Origin: Phoronis australis
Lineage: Eukaryota; Animalia; Phoronida
Reading direction: 5' to 3'
DNA length: 64,000 nt
Assembly (NCBI GenBank): GCA_002633005.1
Contig: NMRA01000610.1
Location: forward strand, 85,533 to 149,532
Shown one piece after another: positions 1-12,700 of the stretch; position 1 is the stretch's first letter; each line of letters starts with the position of its first letter. The notes beneath the pieces were generated by a model. The model ran no database searches. It saw nothing but the letters and a program-made list of their open reading frames with translations, and was not told where the DNA came from. Position numbers and translations under genes: made by a program.

Positions 1-712
1 GATACTGTTAATTTGCTATGAATGTACCTAGTTTTTTGCTAAATTAAAAAACACATGGTCATGTGACCCCACTAATAGCAGGTTGGTATACATCAAAAAT
101 GAAATCCTGCTGGTTTGCTACTTTCAGAAAATACATGCTTTTGCTAGTAAGTTAAAATCTGCAATACTTTTGTCAATAACGTCCTATGTAACCGTGTTTT
201 ATTGTTTTGTTATTTGGTGATCAAATGTTATTGGCTGAGGTTGCTACAGAGAGTAATAATGCTTACTCGGCGCAGCAATCAAGGCCAGTAACATACCTAT
301 AAAAACATGTAGGTATTTATACCACTTATTGACAGTAACATACCTGTAATAACATGTATGTATTTATACCGCATATTGACGACTTCAACAACATATTTCT
401 GCTGGCTCTATTTCCTTTCCTAGGCAATGGCCGTGTCGCATACAACTTCTTGGTTTATTGCGTATGCAATGTGACATAGTTATTGCTGTATCAAGACATG
501 TGTGATATTATAATACTTGTTAATTAGCTTAGTTGTGGTTGTCTTTTATGATCATTGTTCAACTCATGATACATAATGGTATTGATAATGGCAGGTTGAT
601 TAATGATACTGACAACGATATTCTGTTCAGTCGCTGTCATGTTAGGTTTTGTCTTCTCAGCCGTTCCGTGTAAAATAATTATAATTGCATTTTTTGTGCT
701 TTGTCAATCCAG

Positions 713-793
713 CCAAAGTCTGGGGTCAGGGCAGTTTACAAGAGCAGTCGAGGAGATCTTGTGTGCCAGTACTGTTTGCACCAGCGTCTGTAT
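713..793 (+). CDS. IPPK: IPPK exon (PKSGVRAVYKSSRGDLVCQYCLHQRLY)
   Basis: tccag acceptor, gtaagt donor, 81 nt, phase 0/0; matches the IPPK PKxG..VCxYC region. Confidence 0.9.
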
Positions 794-3700
794 GTAAGTA
801 GTGTACAAATCTTCAGTAGTGCAACACTCATAGTGCAGTGTATGCTGACTCTATTCAATAGGTGGTGCTGAAGCTTTGCATTATTTGAATTTTCAGATAA
901 CTTTATCTGCAAGTGGATATTAGTGGCCCGGGATTGTTGTTCTGCATGGTCTGCATTTCTGTCGTTAATTGTCAATCCACAGTCTCATTTGATTTACCTG
1001 TTTTTGTTTGGAATCTAATTTGAGCTTTTCAATGCAATGATTAATTTTAAAGTGGCCTAAGTTTAACATGGTGGCTCCGATGTTGGTGAAATTTTGTACG
1101 AAAGCCAAATTAGGTCTGAACACTAAGTGAAATTAAAGTTTCAATTACATCTTAACATTCAAAGGGTTTAAGGTCCTAGCTGAGAAATTGTTTTATTACC
1201 CCTACATATTATGAATAGCTGAGCCCGAAATGAGCCCATTATTACATTAATTGCCTTTTGAATCTTGGCATTTGGATTTGACTCTTGCTTTTAACAGGTT
1301 AGAAATGGCAAATATAAAAGGAAGTCGAAGTACTGTCCAGTAGAGTTATTTTCTGGGTAAGAATTTAATAATTTTATCAACTTGTGCATTGAATAATTAC
1401 CTCTCGTAAATAACCACAAAAAACGTAAACATTTTGGCATTCATGATTGTTTACACCTCCTATTAACTTAAATACATTTAGCTAGAGGCGGGAAGGTGGA
1501 AAAAAGGAGTGGCAACGGAGATGTGGGGGCACAGGGCTGAGGCGAAATTGGTGACTATGGGGGCAGGGAGGGTCACAACCAAATTTAGGCATCAACCTGG
1601 GAAAGGTTGTTAAACAACCAGTGGGAGGCCACTGACAATGATTCAACTGTGCGTCAGCCATAATGAACAGAACAGGGAAGGAAAATTTGAATGCGAAGTT
1701 TTCCGTGCTAGTCTGTTTTTCCCCTAATGATGTTTTGAAGTAGAACAAAATGTGAGGACTTGTGTATATTTTAAATTATGTATATCCATGAATGCCTAGT
1801 GATTCCTTGTTCATTGTTTTCTACAGACTGAAGGAGTACTTGTCTTATAACCACTGACTATAAATTTCTAGAGATCAATTACAGTCTTCAGTCCAATAGC
1901 TATAATGGCCCTCATTCACCTTTGTGGGGAATGTTCATGTACTTTTTCATAAGGAATTTTTCGATTTAGAGGAAAATTCTGTCAAATCCCCCCTCCCTCT
2001 CCCCAGTCACTGCTAATAGCACCCTCAACCCTGTCAACTCTACCTCAAGTAGCCAAAACTGACATTTTTGCTGTTTTAAATTCACCATTTGGGTGAGTTA
2101 CAAGATATTTGGAAATTGAGTGGAGTTTTGAGGCCTGGCAAGGGAGATTTTGCATGATTTCCAAATATTTTTCAGTGGGGAACGAGGCCGATATTTGGCC
2201 CCAAAATCAAGGGATCACGGGCGCTGCAACCCAAGCTTACGTGTAAGCATTGTGTAGCCTGTTGTCTTAGTTGGTTAATGGTCAGCAAGTGTCTGCAGCT
2301 GTAATGACTTCATGTGATGAATTATGGGGCCAAATACTTCCATTGTCTGGCTGTGATGTCAGTGACCACAAGTCTGTATTACTATTTGTATACTGAGGTC
2401 AACAAGTGGCTACAGTGTATGTAGTTTGATCCTGTTGAAATATTTTTGAACAATGATTTATCACAGACACGTTTTGAGAAGGAAGGTCCAGGAGCATGCC
2501 TTTAAGAGGGTCGAAAATGAAACTGCATCCTGTTGTTGGACTGTTTATGTGTTACGTGCACACTGGGTATTGGATTTACATGTACAATGAAAGACTTTCG
2601 CAAAAATGGTTGCTTGACTGGGGCCGCTACCTGGTGTTGTCAGAAGCTAACCTTTCTTTAGATAGACTTGTTTACTGAGAATTTTTGAAAAAAAACTGTC
2701 CTTTTGTATTCAAATTAACCAATTTAAAAAATTAAATTTCACCACTATTAAACATGGCACTTATGCTTTGTGAAACTCTTTCATAAGTGTTGAGTGGGTA
2801 ATGGTTGGATATAACATGCCTGAATTTTGAGAACCAGTTCACTCCACTGAATAACGGGCATCAAGCTGGTTCTCAAAATAGGGGCACGGTATATCCGACT
2901 ATTGCTTACTAGGTGTAACTAAACTTTTCTACTCATGGCACTGTTGTTATTACTGTAACAGACAAAGAGATAGAATGAAAGACGCTTTGCTGGGACTACT
3001 GGAAACACCCCAAAACAATCTATCAATATTCTGTGATGACTGTAAAATATATGACAGACATCACTGCTTTGATGAGCTACGGTCTAGTGTCCTTGTGGAA
3101 CTCTTTGGGGTGCATAACCCTGGTGAAAGGTAAGCCTTGGTCTCTTACAACTGCTGCAATATGCATTATTATGTAGCAGTAACTTCTACAAAACCTACAC
3201 TCCCCAACCATCTAACACCAAAGTATTGTTTTTGGTTAAAATATGGTGACCTATGCAGATCACAGGTCTTCATTTAGTCACCCTAGTTTGGACAACTCAC
3301 AATTGCACAGCTTTAATGCCAGTTTCGTCAGTGTTATGACTCGAAATTATTTTTGACATTTTCTGTTATTTGTGCAAACTCATGATCACGGTCTATTATT
3401 GAGTAAATTCCTTTTTATGCGCCCATATATTTATACATATTTACATTTTTTCACCAGTGTGCCCCCTAGGGGCAATTTTAGTATTTTACGTTAATTTTGT
3501 CTCTGTATATTCAAAGGTCCTTAACGGAGTTTCATAGAATTTGGAATATAGGCAACTATTGGAGAAGTGATGCTATCCAACCATTTTCAGATGGATTCAA
3601 GTTATTTTGCACCACCTAATAACCATTTTTACTGTTTTCGAGTCTGTTTTTTGGCATCCACCCCATCTATCAACCAAACCATTCTAACGATGATTTTGAA

Positions 3701-6700
3701 AATTGGCATATATTATGTTCTCAGTGTGAAGAGGATAGTTGAGGATGACGACGTCAACTACTGTGGTACTTCCTAGTGGTGTTTTTTTTTTTTGAACACA
3801 TAGCGATATCTTCTAAACCCACCGCCGAATCTTTATTAAATTTTAATTAGTAAGTGTATTTATAGGAAGCTAGCAATAGATGACGACTTTCAGGCGGACG
3901 AAGAAGCCGTGTTCCATTAATTACAGATGGGTTGGACGTTTTGCACCATCTAGTGGTTATTTTTATGATACAAATAAACAACTCTAGAAGCACACCGTTT
4001 GCAGTGCATTCGTGGGCGCATTTCGATGCTCTGCATTGCTCTTGTTGTTTATGCTAATGAGTTGCTAACCCAAGCTCCATTAGATGACCCTAGATTTGAG
4101 CTAAAAACTAAAAGTTGAAAGTCAAAATTTCAAGTTCAAACTCGAAATCTGGCCTTAATGATGAGGCCATTAAGCATAAACTATCATTAAACAGTTACCT
4201 GCGTATGCCATTTACTAAACTTTAGGTTAGACTTTCATCCTTGAGATTGTGCAAAATGTAGAATAAAGAAGGCCAGAGTATGAAGATAACACCCAGGTCT
4301 GTATATTTGAAATTCAGGCTCACCTGGAATATGTATTCACTTAAAGGGAAACAATTTGTGTTAGATATCTCTATATTTCAGTCGATTTCTACTTGCAGTC
4401 TCTCTTCACTTGCTGACCTGCTCATTCAGGCTCTACTCAGTGTCCCTGACAACAAATCAAATGTCAGTTTAAACAGAGGTAAACTGTCTTGTTAACATTC
4501 TCTATTCGCTGATTGACTACGTACTGTTCATACCTGCTGAACCATGTTATAGCTTTTCTACTGAAAACAGTAAATTGTAACTTTTTTCAATGGCTACTTT
4601 TATGTTTAGGGTTAAAACCCTAGTTTCTGGTTTAGTCGCTAGGTGTCAGTGTCATTGAATTCCTTTCGTAGCCATGAACTTGGGTAGGTGCCAACTGTTG
4701 ACACAATGTCACAACCACTCACTGAATCACTTTCATACAGGTTTTTAACAATTATCCTACATTTACGGCCGCTTTTAAACTTTTCACACAAAGACCTACG
4801 GGTTTAAAACTTAAAACTACTTTGGAATTATCAAAATCAATGAACGACAGTTATCTACATTAATAATGTTTTTCACTTAATGTCTGAGCTTTGGCTCTCA
4901 GAATGATCTCATGATATAATAAACCACTTAATCATATTGATTGCACAAAATGATTCATAAGGGTAGTGAGTTGATGGCATTCAGGACTTTTTGAACCCTT
5001 ATTCTACTGAGCCTCTATTCAGACTTCTTCCCCTTTGTGCTGAGCTAAGTAGGTCACCAATAAGCTGTGCACTGAGCTATTAGTCAACTGGCCCACAGCA
5101 CTGAATGGGATAATTGGATTGGTCAGTGAACTCATCTGTAACAGGATAAGGGTTAAATAATAGTCATAATACCCAGCTGTTGCCCGGTTACAGATTTCGT
5201 AATGTGACATGCTATCTTACCTCCAAACCATACATTCTTTGAGTGACTGAATATTTTTGGTGCTTTTAAGTGTTAGGGCTATGTCAAGAAGTCAATGACT
5301 ACAAACGCAAAATGCAGGAGACAGACAGAGTGTAATTACATCAACAGACGCCTAAGCCCAAAATGTACTATTTTCAAAAGCTCCACCTAGTGGTAATTAA
5401 CTGAGGAAGATGGCAGCCAGTCACCAGCCACTGAAACTTTCTAGAGTAATTTTCACTTGATGGCTAGTGAGAAACTGACTATGATGTGAGTGTAAACTGT
5501 AATTGCATTTTTGCCATCTTTTATCATATGAGCACGGGTCGGGGTATTCATCTCATTGGTATGTAAGTAAAACAATTTTAGTTCTGTTCATTGCTGGTAG
5601 GTGACACAACTTTACCACCAGGATGCGTACTACATCGTCTGCTTCAGCTACAAATGATGTCATCCAACTCAGCTAGTGAAGTTGCCCGGTTATATTCTAC
5701 GTTGACGAGACATTTGGAAAGCAATCCAACTGACAGGTACATTTCCGTGATACAGTTTTAAAAAGTCCAATAAAGACACGCAGGGTGACATACGTGCACA
5801 TATGGTATGGCAAAATTACCATCTGGAAAGCTAAACTCTCGAGTTGGTTAAGTATTACTGTTACAGGAGTCCATGGAAACAGAACCAGAAGTAAACTTAA
5901 AAGCAAGTCAAATGTTTCACTTGACTTTGCTGTGCTCCAGAAACATGTCTTAAAGCTGTGAAATCAGTCGTCAATTTCCCACAACATTTAATACAGTGTA
6001 CAGCCATCTTTAGTCACACTCAAACAGGCTTTTTAACAGTTTTAGTATGAACAGCTTTGTCCTGCCCCACAATGGTTTTATTCTGGTTTGAACCAAGTAG
6101 ACATGTCGGTGAACATTTACTGTACAATGTGGTTTTTGATTTGCAAAACAAACATTTTGCAATAAATATGTCATGGGTTCACTAATATGGTACTCGGAGA
6201 GCTGGATATCAGAGACTGTAGATGAAGGGTGCTTATTCCGCCGATTTTTTCTTAAAAGCCAAAGTCTAAGTGCTCATGATGAATTCTCTCTGTATTCACA
6301 CATAAATCCAGCTCTGGTTGGTCAGTCTTATCGTCTTCCCTTTTGGGCTTGAAGGGGTAACTAGTCGGCATAGTGACTTAGAATTCTGCATACCGTTGTA
6401 AATCATGGGGTGTCATTCTCACGCAATAGGCCTTTTGAAATTGGCGTGCAAGGTCAGAGAAAGTAGTTTTCTGTGAACCCTGCTCACTGTATATAACTGT
6501 CTCTGAGTCAGTTGGCCTATGTTAGTAAACACAGCTGAACAAAGGTTGAGAAGAGAATAATGTTTTACTTCCCCTTGTGGATTCTGAATAGCCCAGCCCG
6601 GAATGTCTAGTATAGTCTTTTTTCATTGCCAGTTGTATTCTTCTGCCATTTTGTTTGTCATATTACCAATATTTCCATTCTCATCAGGAATGCCTAAGTG

Positions 6701-9700
6701 GACAGTATTGTAATAATTTGTATGCTGGCTAAATATACCTTGCTTCTCTACCTGTTACAATTGTTTCAACACGACAATACAACTACTGTAGGTTTACATA
6801 AAATATGCCAGAAAGAATATACTAAAAAGCTAGATGAATAAGTAACAGGTGATACTTTGTCCTGTCATGCAGTTATCACTACAATAATCGGATGTGACAT
6901 GCTCACGTTTTGAGAACCAGTTTGGTGCCCATTTTTTAACAGAGAAAACTGGTTATCAAAATGCGGGCATGTTGCACTATATCCGACTATTACTAACATC
7001 ACAATGCTTCATTGCAAAAGTATACACCGGTGACCTAAAGTCGTGAATATAAGCATAATAAGTGCCGATTGTCATACTACCCAATGTCCGTTAGCAACTG
7101 CTCATGTGATGTCATGGACATATATCAGCCTTCACAAATATACGGGTTTTGACAATCTTAATCCTTGTTTGTCTCCGTAAGCAGAGTTTTGAAACGGTCG
7201 CTGATATCGGCGGCCATTTTGAATGAGGCCCTAAAGTCGTGACCGTTTCGGTTAGACNNNNNNNNNNNNNNNNNNNNNNNNNNNNNNNNNNNNNNNNNNN
7301 NNNNNNNNNNNNNNNNNNNNNNNNNNNNNNNNNNNNNNNNNNNNNNNNNNNNNNNNNNNNNNNNNNNNNNNNNNNNNNNNNNNNNNNNNNNNNNNNNNNN
7401 NNNNNNNNNNNNNNNNNNNNNNNNNNNNNNNNNNNNNNNNNNNNNNNNNNNNNNNNNNNNNCCTAGTGGCCATTTTTATTGTTTTCGAGTTTTTTGACGT
7501 CCACCCCTCTATTTACCAAACTGCTCTAAGGAGGATTGTGAAAACTGGCATGCATGTAGTTCTTACTATAAAAAGTATGGGTGACGATGATTTTCCAATG
7601 ACTTCAACTACTGTGGCGCCTCCTAGTGGCACTTTTTTTTGCGCCCATGGCTGTATCTCCTAAACCGTTTGCAGGATCTTTATTAAATTTAGCAAGTGTA
7701 TTTATATGATATTGACAATGGACGACGACGACGACCTTTGCAGGGGTGGGACTACTGATGCGCCCCCTAGTGGCAATTTTAGTTTTTTAAGGTTACCTCA
7801 GTCCTCAACACATTTTCATAAAATTTGGGATACTGGCGTCTATTAGTGAGATAACGCTATCCTCTTGTTTTTGGATGGATTCAAGGTATTTTGCACCACC
7901 TAGTGGCCATTTTTACTGTTTTCGTGTCTGCTTTTTGGTGTCCACCCCTCTATCAACCAAACCGCTCTAAGGATGATAGTGAAAATTAGCATGTATGTTC
8001 TTTCTATGAAGAGGACGGCTGACGATAATTTTCTGATGCCTTTGACTATTGTGACGCCTCCTAGTGGCAGTTTTGTTTTTTTGTGCCCATGGCTGTTTGC
8101 AGGATCTGTACTAAATTTAGCAAGTGCATTTATATGATGTCGACAACGAACAACGACGATGACTTTCGCACACATTTTTTCACCAGTGTGCCCCCTAGGG
8201 GCAATTTTAGTTGTTTACATTTGTCTCTGTATATTCAAAGGTCCTCAACGGAGTTTCATAAAATGTGGAATATAGGCACCTATTGGAGAAGTGATGCTAT
8301 CCAACCATTTTCAGATGGATTCAAGTTATTTTGCACCACCTAATAACCATTTTTACTGTTTTCGAGTCTGTTTTTTGGCATCCATCCCATCTATCAATCA
8401 AACCATTCTAACGATGATTTTGAAAATTGGCATATATTGTGTTCTCAGTGTGAAGAGGACCGTCAACTACTGTGGCGCTTCCTAGTGGTGTTTTTTTTTG
8501 TTTTGCACCCATAGCTGTATCTCCTAAACCCACCGCCGAATCTTTATTAAATTTAATAAGTCTATTTATAGGAAGCTAGCAATAGATGACGACTTTCAGG
8601 CGGACAAAGAAGCCGTGTTCCATTAATTACAGATGGGTTAGACGTTTTGCACCATCTAGTGGTTATTTTTATGATACAAATAAACAACTCTAGAAGCACA
8701 CCGTTTGCAGTGCATTCGTGGGCGCATTTCAATGCTCTGCGTTGCTCTTGTTGTTTATGCTAATGAGTTGCTAACCCAAGCTCCATTAGATGACCCTAGA
8801 TTTGAGCTAAAAACTAAAAGTTGAAAGTCAAAATTTCAAGTTCAAACTCAAAATTTGACCTTAATGATGAGGTCATTAAGCATAAACTATCATTAAACAG
8901 TTACCTGTTGTGTATGCCATTTACTCGACTTTAGGTTAGACTTTCAGCCTTAGATTGTGCAAATAAAGAAGGCCAGAGTATGAAGATTACACCCAGGTCT
9001 GTATATTTGAAATTCAGGCTCACCTGGAATATGTATTCACTTAAAGGGAAACTATTTGTGTTAGATATCTCTATATTTCAGTCGAATTCTACTTGCAGCC
9101 TCTCTTCACTTGCTGACCTGCTCATTCAGGCTCTACTCAGTATCCCTGACAACAAATCAAATGTCAGTTTAAACAGAGGTAAACTTGTTAACATTCTCTA
9201 TTCGCTGATTGACTACAAACTGTTCATACCTGCTGAACCATGTTATAGCTTTTCTACTGAAAGAGTAATTTGTAACTTTTTTCAATGGCTTCTTTTATGT
9301 TTATTGTTAAAACCCTAGTTTCTGGTTTAGTCGCTAGGTGTCAGTGTCATTGAATTCGTTTAATAGCCACGAACTTGGGTAGATGTTGACTGTTGACACA
9401 ATGTCATAACCACTCGCTGAATCACTTTCATTCTACATTTACGGCCGCTTTTAAACTTTTCACACAAAGACCTACGGGTTTAAAACTGAAAACTACTTTG
9501 AAATTATCAAAACCAATGAACGACAGTTATCTACATTTTTTCACATAATGTCTGAGCTTTGGCTCTCAAAATGTTCTCATGATATAATAAACCACTTAAT
9601 GATATTGATTGCACAAAATGATTCATAAGGGTAGTGAGTTGATGGCGTTCAGGACTTTTTGAACCCTTATTCTACTGAGTCTCCATTCAGACTTCTTCCC

Positions 9701-12700
9701 CTGTGTGCTGAGCTAAGTAGGTCACCAATAAGCCCTGCACTGTGCTATTAGTCAACTGGCCCACAGCACTGAATGGGATAATTGGATTGGTCAGTGAACT
9801 CATTTGTAACAGGATAAGGGTTAAATAGTGGTCATAATATCCAGCTGTTGCCTGGTAACAGATTTCGTAGTGTGACTTGCTATCTTCCCTCCAAACCAGA
9901 CATTCTTTGAGTGACTGAATATTTTTGGTGCTTTTAAGTGTTAGGACTATGTCAAGAGGTCAATGACTACAAACGTAAAATACAGGAGTGTAATTACATC
10001 AACAGACGCCTAAGCCCAAAATGTAATATTTTCAAAAGCTCCACCTAGTGGTAATTAACTGAGGAAGATGGCAGCCAGTCACCAGCCACTGAAAATTTCT
10101 AGAAGTAATTCTCACTCGATGGCTAGTGAGAAACTGACTATGATGTGAGTGTGAACTGTAACGCCATCTGTTGTCATATGAACACGGGTCGCTGGCGTTC
10201 ATCTCATTGGTATGTAAGTTAAATAGTTTTAGTTCTGTTCATTGCTGATAGGGGACACAACTTTACCACCAGGATGCGTACTACATCGTCTGCTTCAGCT
10301 ACAAATGATGTCATCCAACTCAGCTAGCGAAGTTGCCCGGTTATATTCTACGTTGACGAGACATTTGGAAAGCAATCCAACTGACAGGTACGTTTCCGTG
10401 ATACGGTTTTAAAAAGTACAATAAAGACACACAGGGTGGTATACGTGCACATATGGCATGGCAAAATTGCCATCTGGAAAGCTAAACTATCGAGTTGGTT
10501 AAGTATTACTGTTAGAAGAGTCCATTTAAACAGAACCAGAAGTAAACTTAAAAGCAAGTCAAATGTTTCACTTGACTTTTCTGTGCTCCAGAAACGCATC
10601 TTAAAGTTGTGAAATCAGTCATTTCCCACAACAACATTTAACGCAGTGTGCAGCTATCTTTAGTCACACTCAAACAGGCTTTTTAACAGTTTTAGTATTG
10701 AACAGCTTTGTCCTGCCCCACAATGGTTTTATTCTGGTTTGAACCAAGTAGACATGTCGGTGAACATTTACTGTACAATGTGGTTTTTGATTTGCAAAAC
10801 AAACATTTTGCAATAAATATGTCATGGGTTCACTAATATGGCACTCGGAGAGCTGGATATCAGAGACTGTAGTTGAAGGGTGCTTATTCTGCCAATTTTT
10901 TCTTAAAAGCCACAGTCAAAATGCTCATGATGTAATCTCTCTGTATTGACAAATAAATCCACCTCTGGTTGGTCAGTCTTATCGTCTCCCCTTTTGGGCT
11001 TGAAGGGGTAACTAGTCGGCATGGTGGCTTAGAATTCTGCATACCATTGTAAATCATGGGGTGTCATTCTCACGCAGTAGGCCTTTTGAAATTGGCATGC
11101 AAGGTCAGTGAAAGTAGTTTCCTGTGAACCCTGCTCACAGTATACAACTGTCTCTGAGTCGGTTGGCCTATGTTAAGTAAACACAGCTGACCAAAGGTTG
11201 AGAAGAGAATTATGTTTTACTTCCCCTTGGGGATTCTGAATAGCCCAGCCCGGAATGTCTAGTATAGTCTTTCTTTGTTGCCAGTTGAATTCTTCTGCCA
11301 TTTTGTTTGTCATATTACCAATATTTCCATTTTCATCAGTAATGCCTAAGAGGACAGTATTGTAATAATTTGTACGCTGGCTAAATATACCTTGCTTCTC
11401 TGCCATTTACAATTGTTTCAATACGACAATACAACTACTGTAGGTTTACATAAAGTATGCCAGAAAGAATATACTAAAATGCTATACGAAATGAGTAACG
11501 GGTGATACTTTGTCCCGTCATGCAGTTATCACCGCAATAGTCAGATGTGACATGCTCACGTTTTGCGAACCAGTTTGGTGCCCGTTATTTAACGGAGAAA
11601 ACTGGTTCTCAAAATACGGGCATGTTATATCCGACTATTACTGACATCACAATGTTTCATAGCAAAAGTACTGCATCCTGTGGAGAAGACTGCGTCATTC
11701 ATGTGCAGTTGCTCGTTTCAGAACACGCTACGGCGTGGTCAGTGACCATTACGACTCCTCATTTCTGACAAACGTGGAAGAATTTAGTCAATGTCGTGAT
11801 GACAGTGCGGGTTTTGCTGCGTCTCAAGTGAGTTGAGTTCAGTTAGAAGGATACTAAGACCTGTTTTGATGATTTTAAGCCAATCCTCGTTCTGTCACCT
11901 GTTGACGTTAATTGTGAAGGTACAATGAGAAATCTCCTAAAGCCTCATACTCTGCCTGTCAGAGATTGGATATCATGGTTCTTTCTAGGTGGTCTTTCTC
12001 CACAGTTGCCGTGTGATTCGCTGAAAGTGTAGGTGTGCACACTTGCCCATTTAGCCGACTTTGAGAAGAGTTTTCGAAGTGTCCTCCAAACTTTTGGGTG
12101 TTGCCGGTGTTTACGGAACATTATTTTGTTTCAGAAACTTGAATAAATAAATCATTTTTAATATCTGTTCATAGGCCAAAACAGGGTTTGGTATCCTTTT
12201 AATAAACAAACCACAAATAATGTGATTTGTAAGTTATGTAATTTGAGTTGTGAGGATGACAAATTCCACTCTCCGTTAGTGTACAGTGCCCACCAAGTTA
12301 TTTGGCTACAATACTTTATGGCCACAATACTTTATGGCCACAATACTTTATGGCCACAATACTTTATGGCCACAATACTTTATGGCCACAATACTTTNAT
12401 GGCCACGATACCTTATGGCCACGATACCTTATGGCCACGATACCTTATGGCCACGATACCTTATGGCCACGATACCTTATGGCCACGATACCTTATGGCC
12501 ACGATACCTTATGGCCACGATACCTTATGGCCACGATACCTTATGGCCACGATACCTTATGGCCACGATACCTTATGGCCACGATACCTTATGGCCACGA
12601 TACCTTATGGCCACGATACCTTATGGCCACGATACCTTATGGCCACGATACCTTATGGCCACGATACCTTATGGCCACGATACCTTATGGCCACGATACC

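Larger units (their letters stand above)
3443..7022 (+). repeat. ~3.55-kb duplicated block, copy A
   Basis: Collinear with 8172-11670 throughout, with scattered substitutions and small indels. Confidence 0.95.
8172..11670 (+). repeat. ~3.5-kb duplicated block, copy B
   Basis: Collinear with 3443-7022; separated from it by an N gap. Confidence 0.95.

Noticed and set aside
424-461. Possible small upstream IPPK exon (GNGRVAYNFLVYC)
   Set aside because: The preceding IPPK exon should end in the conserved EIK motif; this one does not.
1827-1863. Apparent in-frame terminal exon GLKEYLSYNH-TGA-CTA-TAA (SOCS-box-like, possible Sec or poison exon)
   Set aside because: The exon at 2962 continues IPPK homology; no convincing SECIS seen (the hairpin near 2317-2350 lacks the 3' GA); probably a chance acceptor.
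7239-7473. ORFs spanning the N run
   Set aside because: Assembly-gap artefacts.
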